From positions 288,001 to 352,000 of the forward strand of contig CAVWLW010000033.1 in the NCBI GenBank assembly GCA_963755715.1: a DNA stretch of 64,000 bases. The letters are read 5' to 3'. Below the pieces are notes generated by a model that was given only the letters and a program-made list of their open reading frames with translations, had not been told where the DNA came from and ran no database searches. The DNA is from an uncultured delta proteobacterium. Its GTDB lineage: Bacteria; Desulfobacterota; Binatia; UBA9968. Positions 1 to 8,760 of this stretch are shown piece after piece (within the stretch, counting starts at the first letter, position 1; every line of letters begins with the position of its first letter). Made by a program: the position numbers and the translations under genes.

Positions 1-684
1 AACGCTTGTGAATGGGGTAATTTCTCGCGGGTCGAAACCACCAACGTCGGCAGCCGGCAGGTCGGCCGTCGTTCCATGGTGAATTTTGCCGGGATCGTCG
101 TCCGCGCAGATTCACCGGTGCAGGTGCCTCAGCAATTCGCCAACGTGCAGATCGGCGTCCCTTTTTATAGCGGTACGCACTATCTGTGCCTGCAGATGCT
201 GGAAGGCTTCGTGCCGCGCGAGCTGATCAAGATCGGCCGCGTGCCGAACGGCTCCAATTACCGTTTCAAGATGCTCATGGATAAGACGATCGAAGCGACG
301 ACCCTGACCGAACCGTATATTTCGTTGGCTGAGAAAATGGGCTGTCGTGTCGTCATCTCGGCTTTCCACCACGGCACCGACGTGGCGTCCGATCGCGTGG
401 ATGGCGAAACTTACGAGGCCTTCAACCGTGCGATTCGCGAAGCCGTCCGGCGCATCATGGCGAACAAGCGCGCCTATATGCACTACTTCATCGACTACTA
501 TCGCGATCGCGATCCGCAGATCAGTCAGCTCACCATCGACGATCTGCGCGAGAGCCGCCTCTATCTGGTCGATCCGGCGCCGATCCCGGCCGATGAACTC
601 CAACGCACCTACGACTGGATGAAGAGCTGGGATTTCCTCGAGACCGCCCCCTGCGCGGCCAATCTCGTCAACATGAGCGCGTAG
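1..684 (+). CDS. ABC-type (NitT/TauT, NMT1-like) substrate-binding-fold protein, 5'-partial
   Basis: The frame is open from base 1 (NACEWGN...) into ORF 76..684. It has PBP2-like segments (IVVRADSPV, ATTLTEPY). Confidence 0.6.
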   Translation, partial: NACEWGNFSRVETTNVGSRQVGRRSMVNFAGIVVRADSPVQVPQQFANVQIGVPFYSGTHYLCLQMLEGFVPRELIKIGRVPNGSNYRFKMLMDKTIEATTLTEPYISLAEKMGCRVVISAFHHGTDVASDRVDGETYEAFNRAIREAVRRIMANKRAYMHYFIDYYRDRDPQISQLTIDDLRESRLYLVDPAPIPADELQRTYDWMKSWDFLETAPCAANLVNMSA

Positions 685-832
685 AAGCACAGCTGCGAAT
701 GGACGCCTGGAAGCAGGCTTCCCACGTAATGGAGGTGTTGGAGCACAACATCAGAATTCGGTGTCTGGATTAGACTACAGGGTCATGATCAAAATTCATG
801 AATTTACAAGCTTCATACCATTACTTTTCGTC

Positions 833-848
833 TGGCACATCGTTTGTC
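833..848 (+). promoter_or_regulatory. sigma54-like -24/-12 motif (variant TGGCAC-N5-TTGTC)
   Basis: TGGCACATCGTTTGTC lies ~40 nt upstream of the RBS (AAGGAG) and ATG 890. It has GT rather than GC at -12. Confidence 0.4.
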
Positions 849-889
849 TCCTCGGAGAATCCGCGATCTGACTCAAAAAAGGAGATCCT

Positions 890-1171
890 ATGATCACCCG
901 TAAACTTGTAAATTTTACCGCCATAATCACTCTGGCTGCACTAATTGGAAGTTGTAGCCTTTGGAGGAAGGAAACCAAAGTGACTATGGCTGATCTGCCG
1001 GCTCCAGTCAGGACTGCTGTGCAAAAGACAACGGCCGGTTCGACAGTTACACAAATTGAAAAAATCGAGTCCGGCGGAAAAGTGACCTATGAAGTTGAAT
1101 ATCGTAAGGACGGCCAGGATCACGAAACCTACTTCGCCGAAGACGGCACAATCGTCAAAGGTGTGGAGTAA
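890..1171 (+). CDS. Small PepSY-like (beta-lactamase-inhibitor-like) lipoprotein
   Basis: Signal peptide with lipobox-like LIGSC, DLPAPV...YEVEY...FAEDG pattern, and a strong RBS. Confidence 0.7.
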   Translation: MITRKLVNFTAIITLAALIGSCSLWRKETKVTMADLPAPVRTAVQKTTAGSTVTQIEKIESGGKVTYEVEYRKDGQDHETYFAEDGTIVKGVE

Positions 1172-1202
1172 GCCTCTCGGCGAACACCCAGTCGAGCCTG
1201 GT

Positions 1203-1273
1203 CCGATCCCGGCCGATGAACTCCAGCGCACCTACGACTGGATGAAGAGCTGGGATTTCCTCGAGACTGCCCC
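1203..1273 (+). repeat. 71-bp direct copy of 580..650 (near the 3' end of the first CDS)
   Basis: 69/71 identity by eye. Both differences are synonymous (CAA/CAG, ACC/ACT). Confidence 0.95.
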
Positions 1274-1712
1274 AGGCTTTCTATATCAGTGAGCCGGCTG
1301 TCATTGAACGCTGGCGCTTCGCCTTATTATTTGAAACCGTTCTTAACGGTACGCCCGACTGGCGGCCACGGCATACGTGTGCGGAAGCTATCCTCCTGGA
1401 TCAAGTTGGCAAGGCCGTGGAATCGACTTGATATTTGCGGAGTGTGCCGGCGCTGCCTCAAACGAAGTCGCGGAAACGAGGTAAGGCGAGCATGATGTCC
1501 ACATGACCGTGCCAGTCCCCCGGCACAGCACTTGTCGCGACCATGAAAAAGCACCCCTTTGACTCACGTGCGCCATTCCAACTTTAAAATGATATGTGAT
1601 GAGCGCTGTCAGACGTTGCTTATTGCTTGTCACCTCTGGCAAACATCCGAAGAGCACTGCAAATCGAAACGCCAAAGTGAAACTATTTTCACTTGAAAAC
1701 CCCTGCCTAATT

Positions 1713-2750
1713 ATGCGCAGGTGTTACTCGGGCGTCTTTTTTTTGATCTTGCTCATCGCCTGTGCGGGTGTAGGAAACGAGCCGATCCCCGGGCAACCCG
1801 CGCATCACGTGGTGGGCGGTTTTCGCAATACCAATTCGGATTTCCGCCGACCTTCCGCATGGACGCGCTGGAGCTTTGTTGTGCGCCGACTGTGGACGAC
1901 TTCCGTCTCACCGCGGACCTTCGATGTGCCGCGCGTCTCCAATGACGGCGCCCTCCTCCGTGCCGGCAGTGTGAATCCGAGTATTACCTGGATTGGCCAC
2001 TCGACGCTGTTGGTACAGATCAACGGCGTGAATATTCTAACCGACCCGCAGTGGAGCGAACGAGCAAGTCCGGTGTCTTGGGCCGGCCCGCGCCGTCTAA
2101 GCCCTCCCGGGCTCGCATTCGAAGATTTGCCGCGGATCGATGTTGTCTTGATCTCTCACGATCACTACGATCATCTGGATCTAAACACCGTAAAGCGCCT
2201 TGCCGCGGCGCGCGATCCGCTCTTTTTGGTTCCGCTCGGTCTCAAGGCGTGGTTTGCCGAGAACGGAATGACACGGGTCGAAGAGATGGACTGGTGGCAG
2301 GAGCGCGAATATGGCGCCGTGAAATTCGTCTGCGCGCCGGCTCAGCATTTTTCCCAACGAACATTGGCGGACGCGAATGAACGACTCTGGGCATCGTGGG
2401 CGGTGTTGAGCCCCGAGCGACGGCTTTATTTCTCGGGTGATACCGGTTACTTCGCGGGCTTCGTGGAAGCCGGCCAGCGGCTCGGTCCGTTCGACGTCGC
2501 GGCGCTCGCCATCGGCGCCTATCTACCTCCAGAAATCATGAAAGCCGTGCACCTCACACCGGAAGAAGCGGTGCAGGCGTTCATCGACCTCAATGCCCGT
2601 GTGATCCTCGGTATCCACTGGGGCACCTTCGATCTCGCGGAGGAGCCGCTCGACGAGCCACCCCGACGTTTACTAGCCGATATCCGCCGCCGCAACATCG
2701 ATTCGTCACGCGCCTGGATCTTCAAGCTCGGCGAAACGCGCCCCTGGTAA
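1713..2750 (+). CDS. MBL-fold metallo-hydrolase (NAPE-PLD/RomA-like)
   Basis: WIGHST, ISHDHYDHLD, GDTGY and IHWGTF motifs. ATG 1713 precedes a signal/lipoprotein-like N-terminus. Confidence 0.85.
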   Translation: MRRCYSGVFFLILLIACAGVGNEPIPGQPAHHVVGGFRNTNSDFRRPSAWTRWSFVVRRLWTTSVSPRTFDVPRVSNDGALLRAGSVNPSITWIGHSTLLVQINGVNILTDPQWSERASPVSWAGPRRLSPPGLAFEDLPRIDVVLISHDHYDHLDLNTVKRLAAARDPLFLVPLGLKAWFAENGMTRVEEMDWWQEREYGAVKFVCAPAQHFSQRTLADANERLWASWAVLSPERRLYFSGDTGYFAGFVEAGQRLGPFDVAALAIGAYLPPEIMKAVHLTPEEAVQAFIDLNARVILGIHWGTFDLAEEPLDEPPRRLLADIRRRNIDSSRAWIFKLGETRPW

Positions 2751-2860
2751 AATCAATTCAGAAAGTTCAACGAACAGCTGACCTGCTGGCCGGAAAGCGA
2801 ATGCCGATTACACGAATTGACCCGAGACGATAACGCCTCAGTGCGGCGCTTTCCTGCAAC

Positions 2861-4086
2861 TCAATTCCACAGCTCGCGGCTCGCCAATCGGGCGCCCTCC
2901 GCCAGCGCGTAGAGTTTTGCAAAGGCGAGACTGGCATCGGGAAGGTGGCGCAAACCGCAATCGGTGCAGGCAATGACGTTTTCTTTGCCGACGAGTTTGG
3001 CAAAGCGGACGATGCGTTCGGCCACCAGCTCTGGATGTTCGATGAAATAGGTGGTGTCGTCGATCAGCCCCGGGAAGAGAATTTTTCCGTCCGGGAAGTT
3101 TTCATCTCTTGCCAAATCTTCCATTCATGGCCATGACGCGGATTGGCCGACTCGATAGTGATTCCCGTGACGTTGGCTTTAAGCACGATATCGATGATAT
3201 CATTCAGCGCAATATCGCGGTGGTGCGGTCCTTCGTAATTGCCCCAGCAAATATGGATGCGCACTTGTTCGGGCGGAATCGTCTTGAGCGCATAATTGAG
3301 AGATTCGACATGCTGTTCGATGACTTTGCGAAATTGTTTGACGCTCAGGTCGGCGTAATCCGTGTTGGCGCCGGAAGCTAGGTCCGGGCAATCGAGTTGC
3401 AAGACGAAACCCGCTGCGACGATCATTTGATATTCCCGGCGCATGACATCGGCGACTGCCTGCAGATAAGTTTCTTCGTCGGAATAATATTCGTTCCTGA
3501 AAAAACGCGCGAAACAACCTGGTGACAAGGCCGACATGAAAACCTCGTGCGGATGCTCCGTTGCTGCCGCAGCCGCAAGCCGGGCAATGTCGGTTTCCAC
3601 GGCGGCGAAGTCCCGCCAGTTTAAGGGACCAGCGCAGACGTAAGCCATGCCGCCGTTGTCGTGAGCGTCGCTCTGGCTGCGGGCAAGGTCATGAAACTCG
3701 GCAATGTCGGTGCGGAAGTGCCGTGGCGCGCCTTCGATATCGCTCCGCGCTAATCCGGTTTCGCGCGGACGAATAATTCCATGAGCAACGCTCCAGGGCG
3801 CGGCGCCGTGTGCCCGGGAGCGAGCCATCCTTTCGAGACCGCCAACGCGGTGCACGACATAGTCATTCCACGAGGTTTTACTGAGCTCGCCGTCGTCGAC
3901 GATATCGACGCCGACTTCGATTTGCTGCCGCACCACTGCGCCGATCCCGCTTGTCAGTGCCGCGTTATGCGCCGCCTGATCGTAGGTTTCGCCGTGGCGC
4001 TTTGCCGCGAGACCGCGACGAACCAACTCCGGTAATGGCAGGCTGCCTGTGTGGGTGGTGAGAATGCGGTCGGTGCTGCGCTTCAA
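2861..4086 (-). CDS. Cobalamin-independent methionine synthase II family (single-barrel MetE-like) protein, apparent frameshift ~3100
   Basis: ILTTHTGSLP, DDGE, IHICWG, ESANPRH and TDCG motifs. ORFs 3064..4086 and 2861..3124 join at AAAA/CCC runs to give KLPDGKIL, matching the paralog. Confidence 0.85.
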
Positions 4087-4134
4087 TGTAACTTTCTCCT
4101 CGACGCTCTTGCCGGCTTCGCGCGCTCTTTCAGA

Positions 4135-5322
4135 TCAACGCCACAGCTCGCGGGTCGCCAATCGGGCGCCTTCCGCCAACGCGGCAAACTTGAGCCAGGC
4201 GACGCTGGGATGAGTGTCGTTGAACCGCAGGGCGGAGGCGGCAAAGCCGCAGTCGGCTCCGGCGATGACGTTCTCGCGCCCGACGAGTTTTGCGAATCGC
4301 ACGATCCGTTCGGCGACCAACTCCGGGTGCTCCACCAAATTCGTCGTGTGGCTGATCACGCCGGGTATGAGAATCTTTCCGGCGGGAAGCTTGACCCGCT
4401 CGAAGACATGGTATTCGTGTTCGTGCCGCGGGTTCGCCGCTTCGAATGAATAGGCGCCGGCGTTGATCTTCAACATGATGTCGACGATGTCCTTCAAATC
4501 CATTTCGTGGATGCGCGGACCGACATCGATGCTGTAGCAGGTGTGGAAGCGGATTTTCTCGGGCGGGATGCCGCGGATCGAGTCATTGATCGCGTCGACG
4601 CGCTCGGCTGCCCATTTCCTGCAGTCGGTAACGCTGAGCTCCGGGTGCATCATGTAATAGGTGACCAGGCGCGGATCGTCGATCTGGAGAATAAACCCGG
4701 CGTCGACAATCGCCTTGTACTCTTCGCGCATGGCATTCGATATCGCCTGCTCGTATTCCTCGTGGGTCCGGTAGTATTCGTTGGCAAAAGTAGCCGCGAC
4801 GTAAGAGGACGCGATCGCGGGAATGAAGACGTCTTCGTGGGTCAAGCCTTTAGTTGCCGCCTTGAGGTTGGCAATATCCGCCTGGACCGCCTCGTGACCT
4901 CTATAGCTGACCGGTCCGGTGCAAGTATCAACGCTGTGACCCCGCCCTCCGCTTCGACCGCCAAACGGTTCGGCGATACGCTCGGACCATGCATAGTACT
5001 CGGGGAAGGAGAGATACTCTCGACCGGCTGCGCGCGGTCTCACGGTCCCCGGAGCGGCGGGCTTGCGCTCGAAGCCGTTGAATCGTTCGATAATGTAGCT
5101 GAAGAAGCCCGATTTGCCCTGCTCGCCATCGGTGATGATATCGATGCCTGTTTCGACCTGTTTCCGAACAACCTCCGCAACAGACTCGCGCACAACCCGT
5201 GCGAGTTCGTCGCGGTCGTAGGGTTGTCCTTCCTCTCTCAGTCGAAGAAGCGGTGTCAAGGAATCGGACCTGGCCAAGCTGCCCACATGGGTCGTGAGGA
5301 TTCTTTCCGTGCTTTGCTTCAT
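4135..5322 (-). CDS. Cobalamin-independent methionine synthase II family (single-barrel MetE-like) protein
   Basis: ILTTHVGSL, TDGEQGK, FHTCY, EAANPRH and ADCGF Zn-site motifs. Confidence 0.9.
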   Translation of the reverse strand: MKQSTERILTTHVGSLARSDSLTPLLRLREEGQPYDRDELARVVRESVAEVVRKQVETGIDIITDGEQGKSGFFSYIIERFNGFERKPAAPGTVRPRAAGREYLSFPEYYAWSERIAEPFGGRSGGRGHSVDTCTGPVSYRGHEAVQADIANLKAATKGLTHEDVFIPAIASSYVAATFANEYYRTHEEYEQAISNAMREEYKAIVDAGFILQIDDPRLVTYYMMHPELSVTDCRKWAAERVDAINDSIRGIPPEKIRFHTCYSIDVGPRIHEMDLKDIVDIMLKINAGAYSFEAANPRHEHEYHVFERVKLPAGKILIPGVISHTTNLVEHPELVAERIVRFAKLVGRENVIAGADCGFAASALRFNDTHPSVAWLKFAALAEGARLATRELWR

Positions 5323-5439
5323 AATATCCTTCTATTGATGAATTTTTTGCCTTTGGCGGCTCCGGCCGGCGGAAATTTAAAACCCCTTTGCCAAGCGACG
5401 TTCGAGACTTTCCCCAAGCAAGAGCTCAGGGAATACGTA

Positions 5440-5525
5440 AATTGACCCGGCACCGTAACCCTTGAGCGCGGCGCGCTCCAGCAACTCAATTCCACAGCTC
5501 GTCAGTCGCCAATCGGGCGCCTTCC
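5440..5525 (-). repeat. 86-bp orphan copy of the 3' tail and 3' UTR of the MetE-like gene (2815..2900)
   Basis: Ungapped alignment with ~16 mismatches in 86. It encodes EGARLATDELWN* versus EGARLASRELWN*. Confidence 0.9.
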
Positions 5526-5599
5526 ATTCAAATGTAAGCCGGGCGCTGCAGAAGAGTTAGTAGACTTAGGCAAGTCCGGCGCCGACTGACGCCGTCGCG

Positions 5600-6547
5600 C
5601 TATTTCGACTGGCTGCCGATGAAGTCGAGCACGGCGCGATTGAAAATCTCCGGCTGCTCCCAGTACGACGAGTGCCCGGCTTCGGGCATCAATACAACCC
5701 GGCTGTTCGGAATCTCGGCCGCGATCATCCGCGAGATCGACGGCGGCGTCGACATGTCCGCAGTGCCGGCGATCAGCAGCGTCGGCAGCTTGAGCTGCTT
5801 GAGCTTCGCCTGCGTGATCTCATTCTTGAGCGTTTGCCGATATTCGCGGCCGATCAGCGCCTTGTGCTCAAGCTCCATCCACGCCTTCACGCCGGCGGGG
5901 TTCGCCGCTCGGTATGATGGACCGAGCTCGCGAAATTCGGCCGGCATTTTCTCCCAGCCCTCCGGGCGAATAAACGCCGCCGCCTTCGCGATCTCGCCGT
6001 CGCGCACCCCGAAGGAATTGCTGGAAATGGTCAGGCCCAGGAGCCGGTCCTGGTAGGAGAATGCGAAGTCCGACGCGATGCTGCCGCCGGCCGCCGACGC
6101 CACCACATGAAATCGTCCAAGGCCCAGGACATCCGCGAGGTGCCGAAGGTCCTCAGAGCCGATACCAGGATTGTTCGGGTCGAAGGGCGCGGAGTTGTAG
6201 TAGCCGCGCCGCGAAAAGGCGATGACGCGGTAGCCGGCCTTTGCTAGCACGGGCTGCTGGTAACCCCAGATCAGCGCGCTGCCGGTCGCCGGATGCAGAA
6301 GCACGATCGGCACGCCCTGGCCGCCCGTGTCCCAGTACCAGAGACGGCTGTCGGGAATCTGCGCCACGCCGTCCTTGGCTGAAACCTGCGCGGGGATGGG
6401 GATGGCTCTCATCGGATTGGCGACGGTTTGGCCGTGTGCCGTGTCGATAGGGCCTGTGCCGAGCGCTGCCAAGCCGACAGCGAGCCCGATGGTGCGGAGG
6501 AACGCGCCCGCTGGCCGGGCGCGGCTGGAGGAATGGCTCTTGCCCAT
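5600..6547 (-). CDS. Secreted alpha/beta-hydrolase fold protein (nucleophile Ser apparently replaced by Ala)
   Basis: PIVLLHP, SRRGY, HVVASAAGG, GTAD and AGHSSYWEQP motifs, with an N-terminal signal-like segment. Confidence 0.8.
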   Translation of the reverse strand: MGKSHSSSRARPAGAFLRTIGLAVGLAALGTGPIDTAHGQTVANPMRAIPIPAQVSAKDGVAQIPDSRLWYWDTGGQGVPIVLLHPATGSALIWGYQQPVLAKAGYRVIAFSRRGYYNSAPFDPNNPGIGSEDLRHLADVLGLGRFHVVASAAGGSIASDFAFSYQDRLLGLTISSNSFGVRDGEIAKAAAFIRPEGWEKMPAEFRELGPSYRAANPAGVKAWMELEHKALIGREYRQTLKNEITQAKLKQLKLPTLLIAGTADMSTPPSISRMIAAEIPNSRVVLMPEAGHSSYWEQPEIFNRAVLDFIGSQSK

Positions 6548-6570
6548 CGTCGCAATGCTCCCTTCAGTAT

Positions 6571-6945
6571 ACCAATTTTTTTGAAAGACATGCGCGAAGA
6601 GTTCAATTCCTTAAATGCAAGCAATCATTTTGCTGGATGCAACGAGCGGATTTCAACAAAGCGTCTGGAGAGCGAGCGTTGCCAAATTGCGCGCCGAATC
6701 AGATCCCGCTCGTGAACGAATAAACGCAAAAAACCTCATCCGCTGTAGCTGTGCTTTATGCCCATTTTTTTGAAAGCATGCGCGGAGAGTTCAATTCCTT
6801 GAATGCAAGCAATCATTTTGTTGGATGCAACGAGCGGATTTCAACAAAGTGTTTGGAGAGCGAGCGTTGACAAATTGCGCGCCGAATCAGGTCCCGCTCC
6901 TGAACGAATAAACGAAAAAAAATCATCGCTGTAGATAGCCTTTAG
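6571..6945. repeat. Two imperfect tandem copies of a ~187-190-bp non-coding unit
   Basis: 6571..6760 and 6761..~6945 share long stretches (GAGTTCAATTCCTT, ATGCAAGCAATCATTTTG, TGGATGCAACGAGCGGATTTCAACAAAG, CAAATTGCGCGCCGAATCAG, TGAACGAATAAACG). Confidence 0.95.
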
Positions 6946-6966
6946 ATATGGGAACAGAAGGACATA

Positions 6967-7120
6967 TGTCAAGAAGGTTTTCACGCTGTGTAGTAGCAAG
7001 GTGAATCTGACAGGGGTTGATAGCAGCGTGATTATGTCAGGGTGGGGAAATGACAACCGGACGATGAAGGCTGAGAAGCGCATAGAGATTATTCAAAGAG
7101 TGTTGCGAGGAGAGCTGACT
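6967..7120 (+). mobile_element. Probable IS (ISNCY/IS1202- or IS481-like) left-end remnant
   Basis: It begins TGTCAAGAAGGTTTTCACGCT and has a sub-terminal inverted AGCGTGA motif. A truncated MTT/MKAEKRIEIIQRVLRGELT resembles the N-terminal HTH of such transposases. No DDE domain follows. Confidence 0.5.
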
Positions 7121-7185
7121 GACGGTCATCGAGGCGGCGATGATGGTGGGTTCACGACAGCACGCAACTGCGATCTACCGATTCA

Positions 7186-7981
7186 CTATCGGCTCGCATC
7201 TTTCCCTCCCTCGATCCGTCGCCGATTTTCGGTCCCGGAGTCGGCTGCCGCCACCAAACTACCGGCAAGCAGGTGGGCGATACAGCTATAGCTCACGTCG
7301 TTCATGTGCAGGCCGTCGCTCGAAATGATGTCCTCTATCTTGTATTGGCCGCTCGATATCAGTGCCGCATCACCGCAAAGCGCGGGAATACGGCCACGTT
7401 CATGTCGTCGGCCACCGCAGCGATGGAATCCACGACCGTCAGGTGCATGGGTCGCGCGAGCAGGCGTGGCGCGAACTGCGGATCCATCAACACCATGTCC
7501 GCTTCTACCGCCTTGAGACGATTGATCCCCGTGCGAAGCGTTTCGGTATATCCCTCGATGTTCTCGCTTTTCAGCAGCTGGTTGCTGCCTGTCTGCCAGA
7601 TGACGAGCTGCGGATGGTAAGGCAGCACGTCGCGGTCAAAGCGCGCCAGCATCTGGGAGGACAAGTCGCCGCCGACGCCCTTGTTGATCACGGTAACCGC
7701 GATCTGCGGCCAACGATGCCGCAGTTCTTCGGCGAGCAGAGCGGGATAGGTGTGCGCTGGATCAGAGGCGCCCACTCCCGCTGTCGAGGAAGAACCGATC
7801 GCAACGATGACCAGGGGCTTGCGCGAGCGCACCGCGCGGGCGGTGTTGGATAAGCTTCACCCTGAAGCGTGTCAGTTCCGGAGGCGCGCTGCAACCCAAA
7901 GCCCTGTGGCGCGGCTCCAGCGGACGCCGCGAGAAGCAGGAGCGTGACGCAGGAGGATGCCGCCCATCGGGGCATACTCAT
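7186..7981 (-). CDS. SGNH/GDSL hydrolase (catalytically intact motifs), two apparent frameshifts (~7850, ~7360)
   Basis: Signal peptide in 7688..7981; IGSSST, NKGVGG and QTGSN in 7359..7832; after the second shift, SDGLHMND...* ends at 7186. Confidence 0.75.
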
Positions 7982-8760
7982 CGATCGCCGCCGGCGCCGT
8001 TCGCGCGTTTCGCGGCGGGGATGCCGTGCGTCACCAAGTCGGCCATCGCGCGGCCGATGCAGCCATACAGGTTCGCAGCAAGCTCGCGGCCCTTCTCACC
8101 CTCTCCGGCCCGCAGATCCAGCGCGCCGCTCTCGGCCCAATGGCGCATGATGGCATGGCGGCGGAACAGCGGCACGTCGTTGATATCCGCCAGCTCTCGC
8201 ATCGCGGCGAGATAGGGCTCGAAATGGATCACCGCGTCGCTGGCGCGCGAAAACTGCATGTTCATCAATAGCACGTCGGCCCCGGCGGCGCGAAGTTTGT
8301 CGATGCCGGTTTGCATGGTTTGCCGGAACTCGTCGACGTCGGTGCCGCGAACAGCCTCCATCGTGCCGGTCTCCCAGATCACAAGCGTCGGCTTCAACGG
8401 GAGGACCTCGTGTTCCAGGCGCTCAACAGCCCGCTTCGCCGTCTGCCGTCCTACGGCGAGGTTGATCACCTTGACGCGCTTAGACGGAAATCTCTCGGCG
8501 AGCGCCGAGGCGAGACGCGCGGGCCACGCGAATTCGAGTCCGCCCGCCGCGACTCCCATGGTCGAAGCTCCGCCGAGCGCGACGATGACGACCTCCCGGC
8601 GGCCGGCGAGCGCCTTGGCTGTCTTGGTCAGAGGCGGCTCGAATTCGTAGAAGCGCTCGGGCACAGGGCACTCCCGCTCCTCGGCGAAGGCGCCTACGAC
8701 TGTGATCAAAAGCCCAACGGCCATAGTCGCGATCGAATAGCGGAAAAAGACAGAGATCAT
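7978..8760 (-). CDS. SGNH/GDSL-fold protein, catalytic residues degenerate
   Basis: LGGAST block I, WETGTME block III and no DxxH. The ATG overlaps the opgC stop (ATGA). Confidence 0.75.
   Translation of the reverse strand: MISVFFRYSIATMAVGLLITVVGAFAEERECPVPERFYEFEPPLTKTAKALAGRREVVIVALGGASTMGVAAGGLEFAWPARLASALAERFPSKRVKVINLAVGRQTAKRAVERLEHEVLPLKPTLVIWETGTMEAVRGTDVDEFRQTMQTGIDKLRAAGADVLLMNMQFSRASDAVIHFEPYLAAMRELADINDVPLFRRHAIMRHWAESGALDLRAGEGEKGRELAANLYGCIGRAMADLVTHGIPAAKRANGAGGDR

Noticed and set aside
1675-1694. Palindrome AAGTGAAA-CTAT-TTTCACTT as an operator upstream of the MBL hydrolase
   Set aside because: It is a single instance with no regulator nearby. It is plausible but unsupported.
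1694-1721. dif/Xer site (TTATGCGCAGG resembles a XerC arm)
   Set aside because: No XerD arm lies at the 6-bp spacing, and the motif overlaps a start codon.
5323-5440. Cobalamin or SAM riboswitch upstream of the MetE-like genes
   Set aside because: No recognisable B12-box or S-box consensus was found by eye; an Rfam scan would be decisive.
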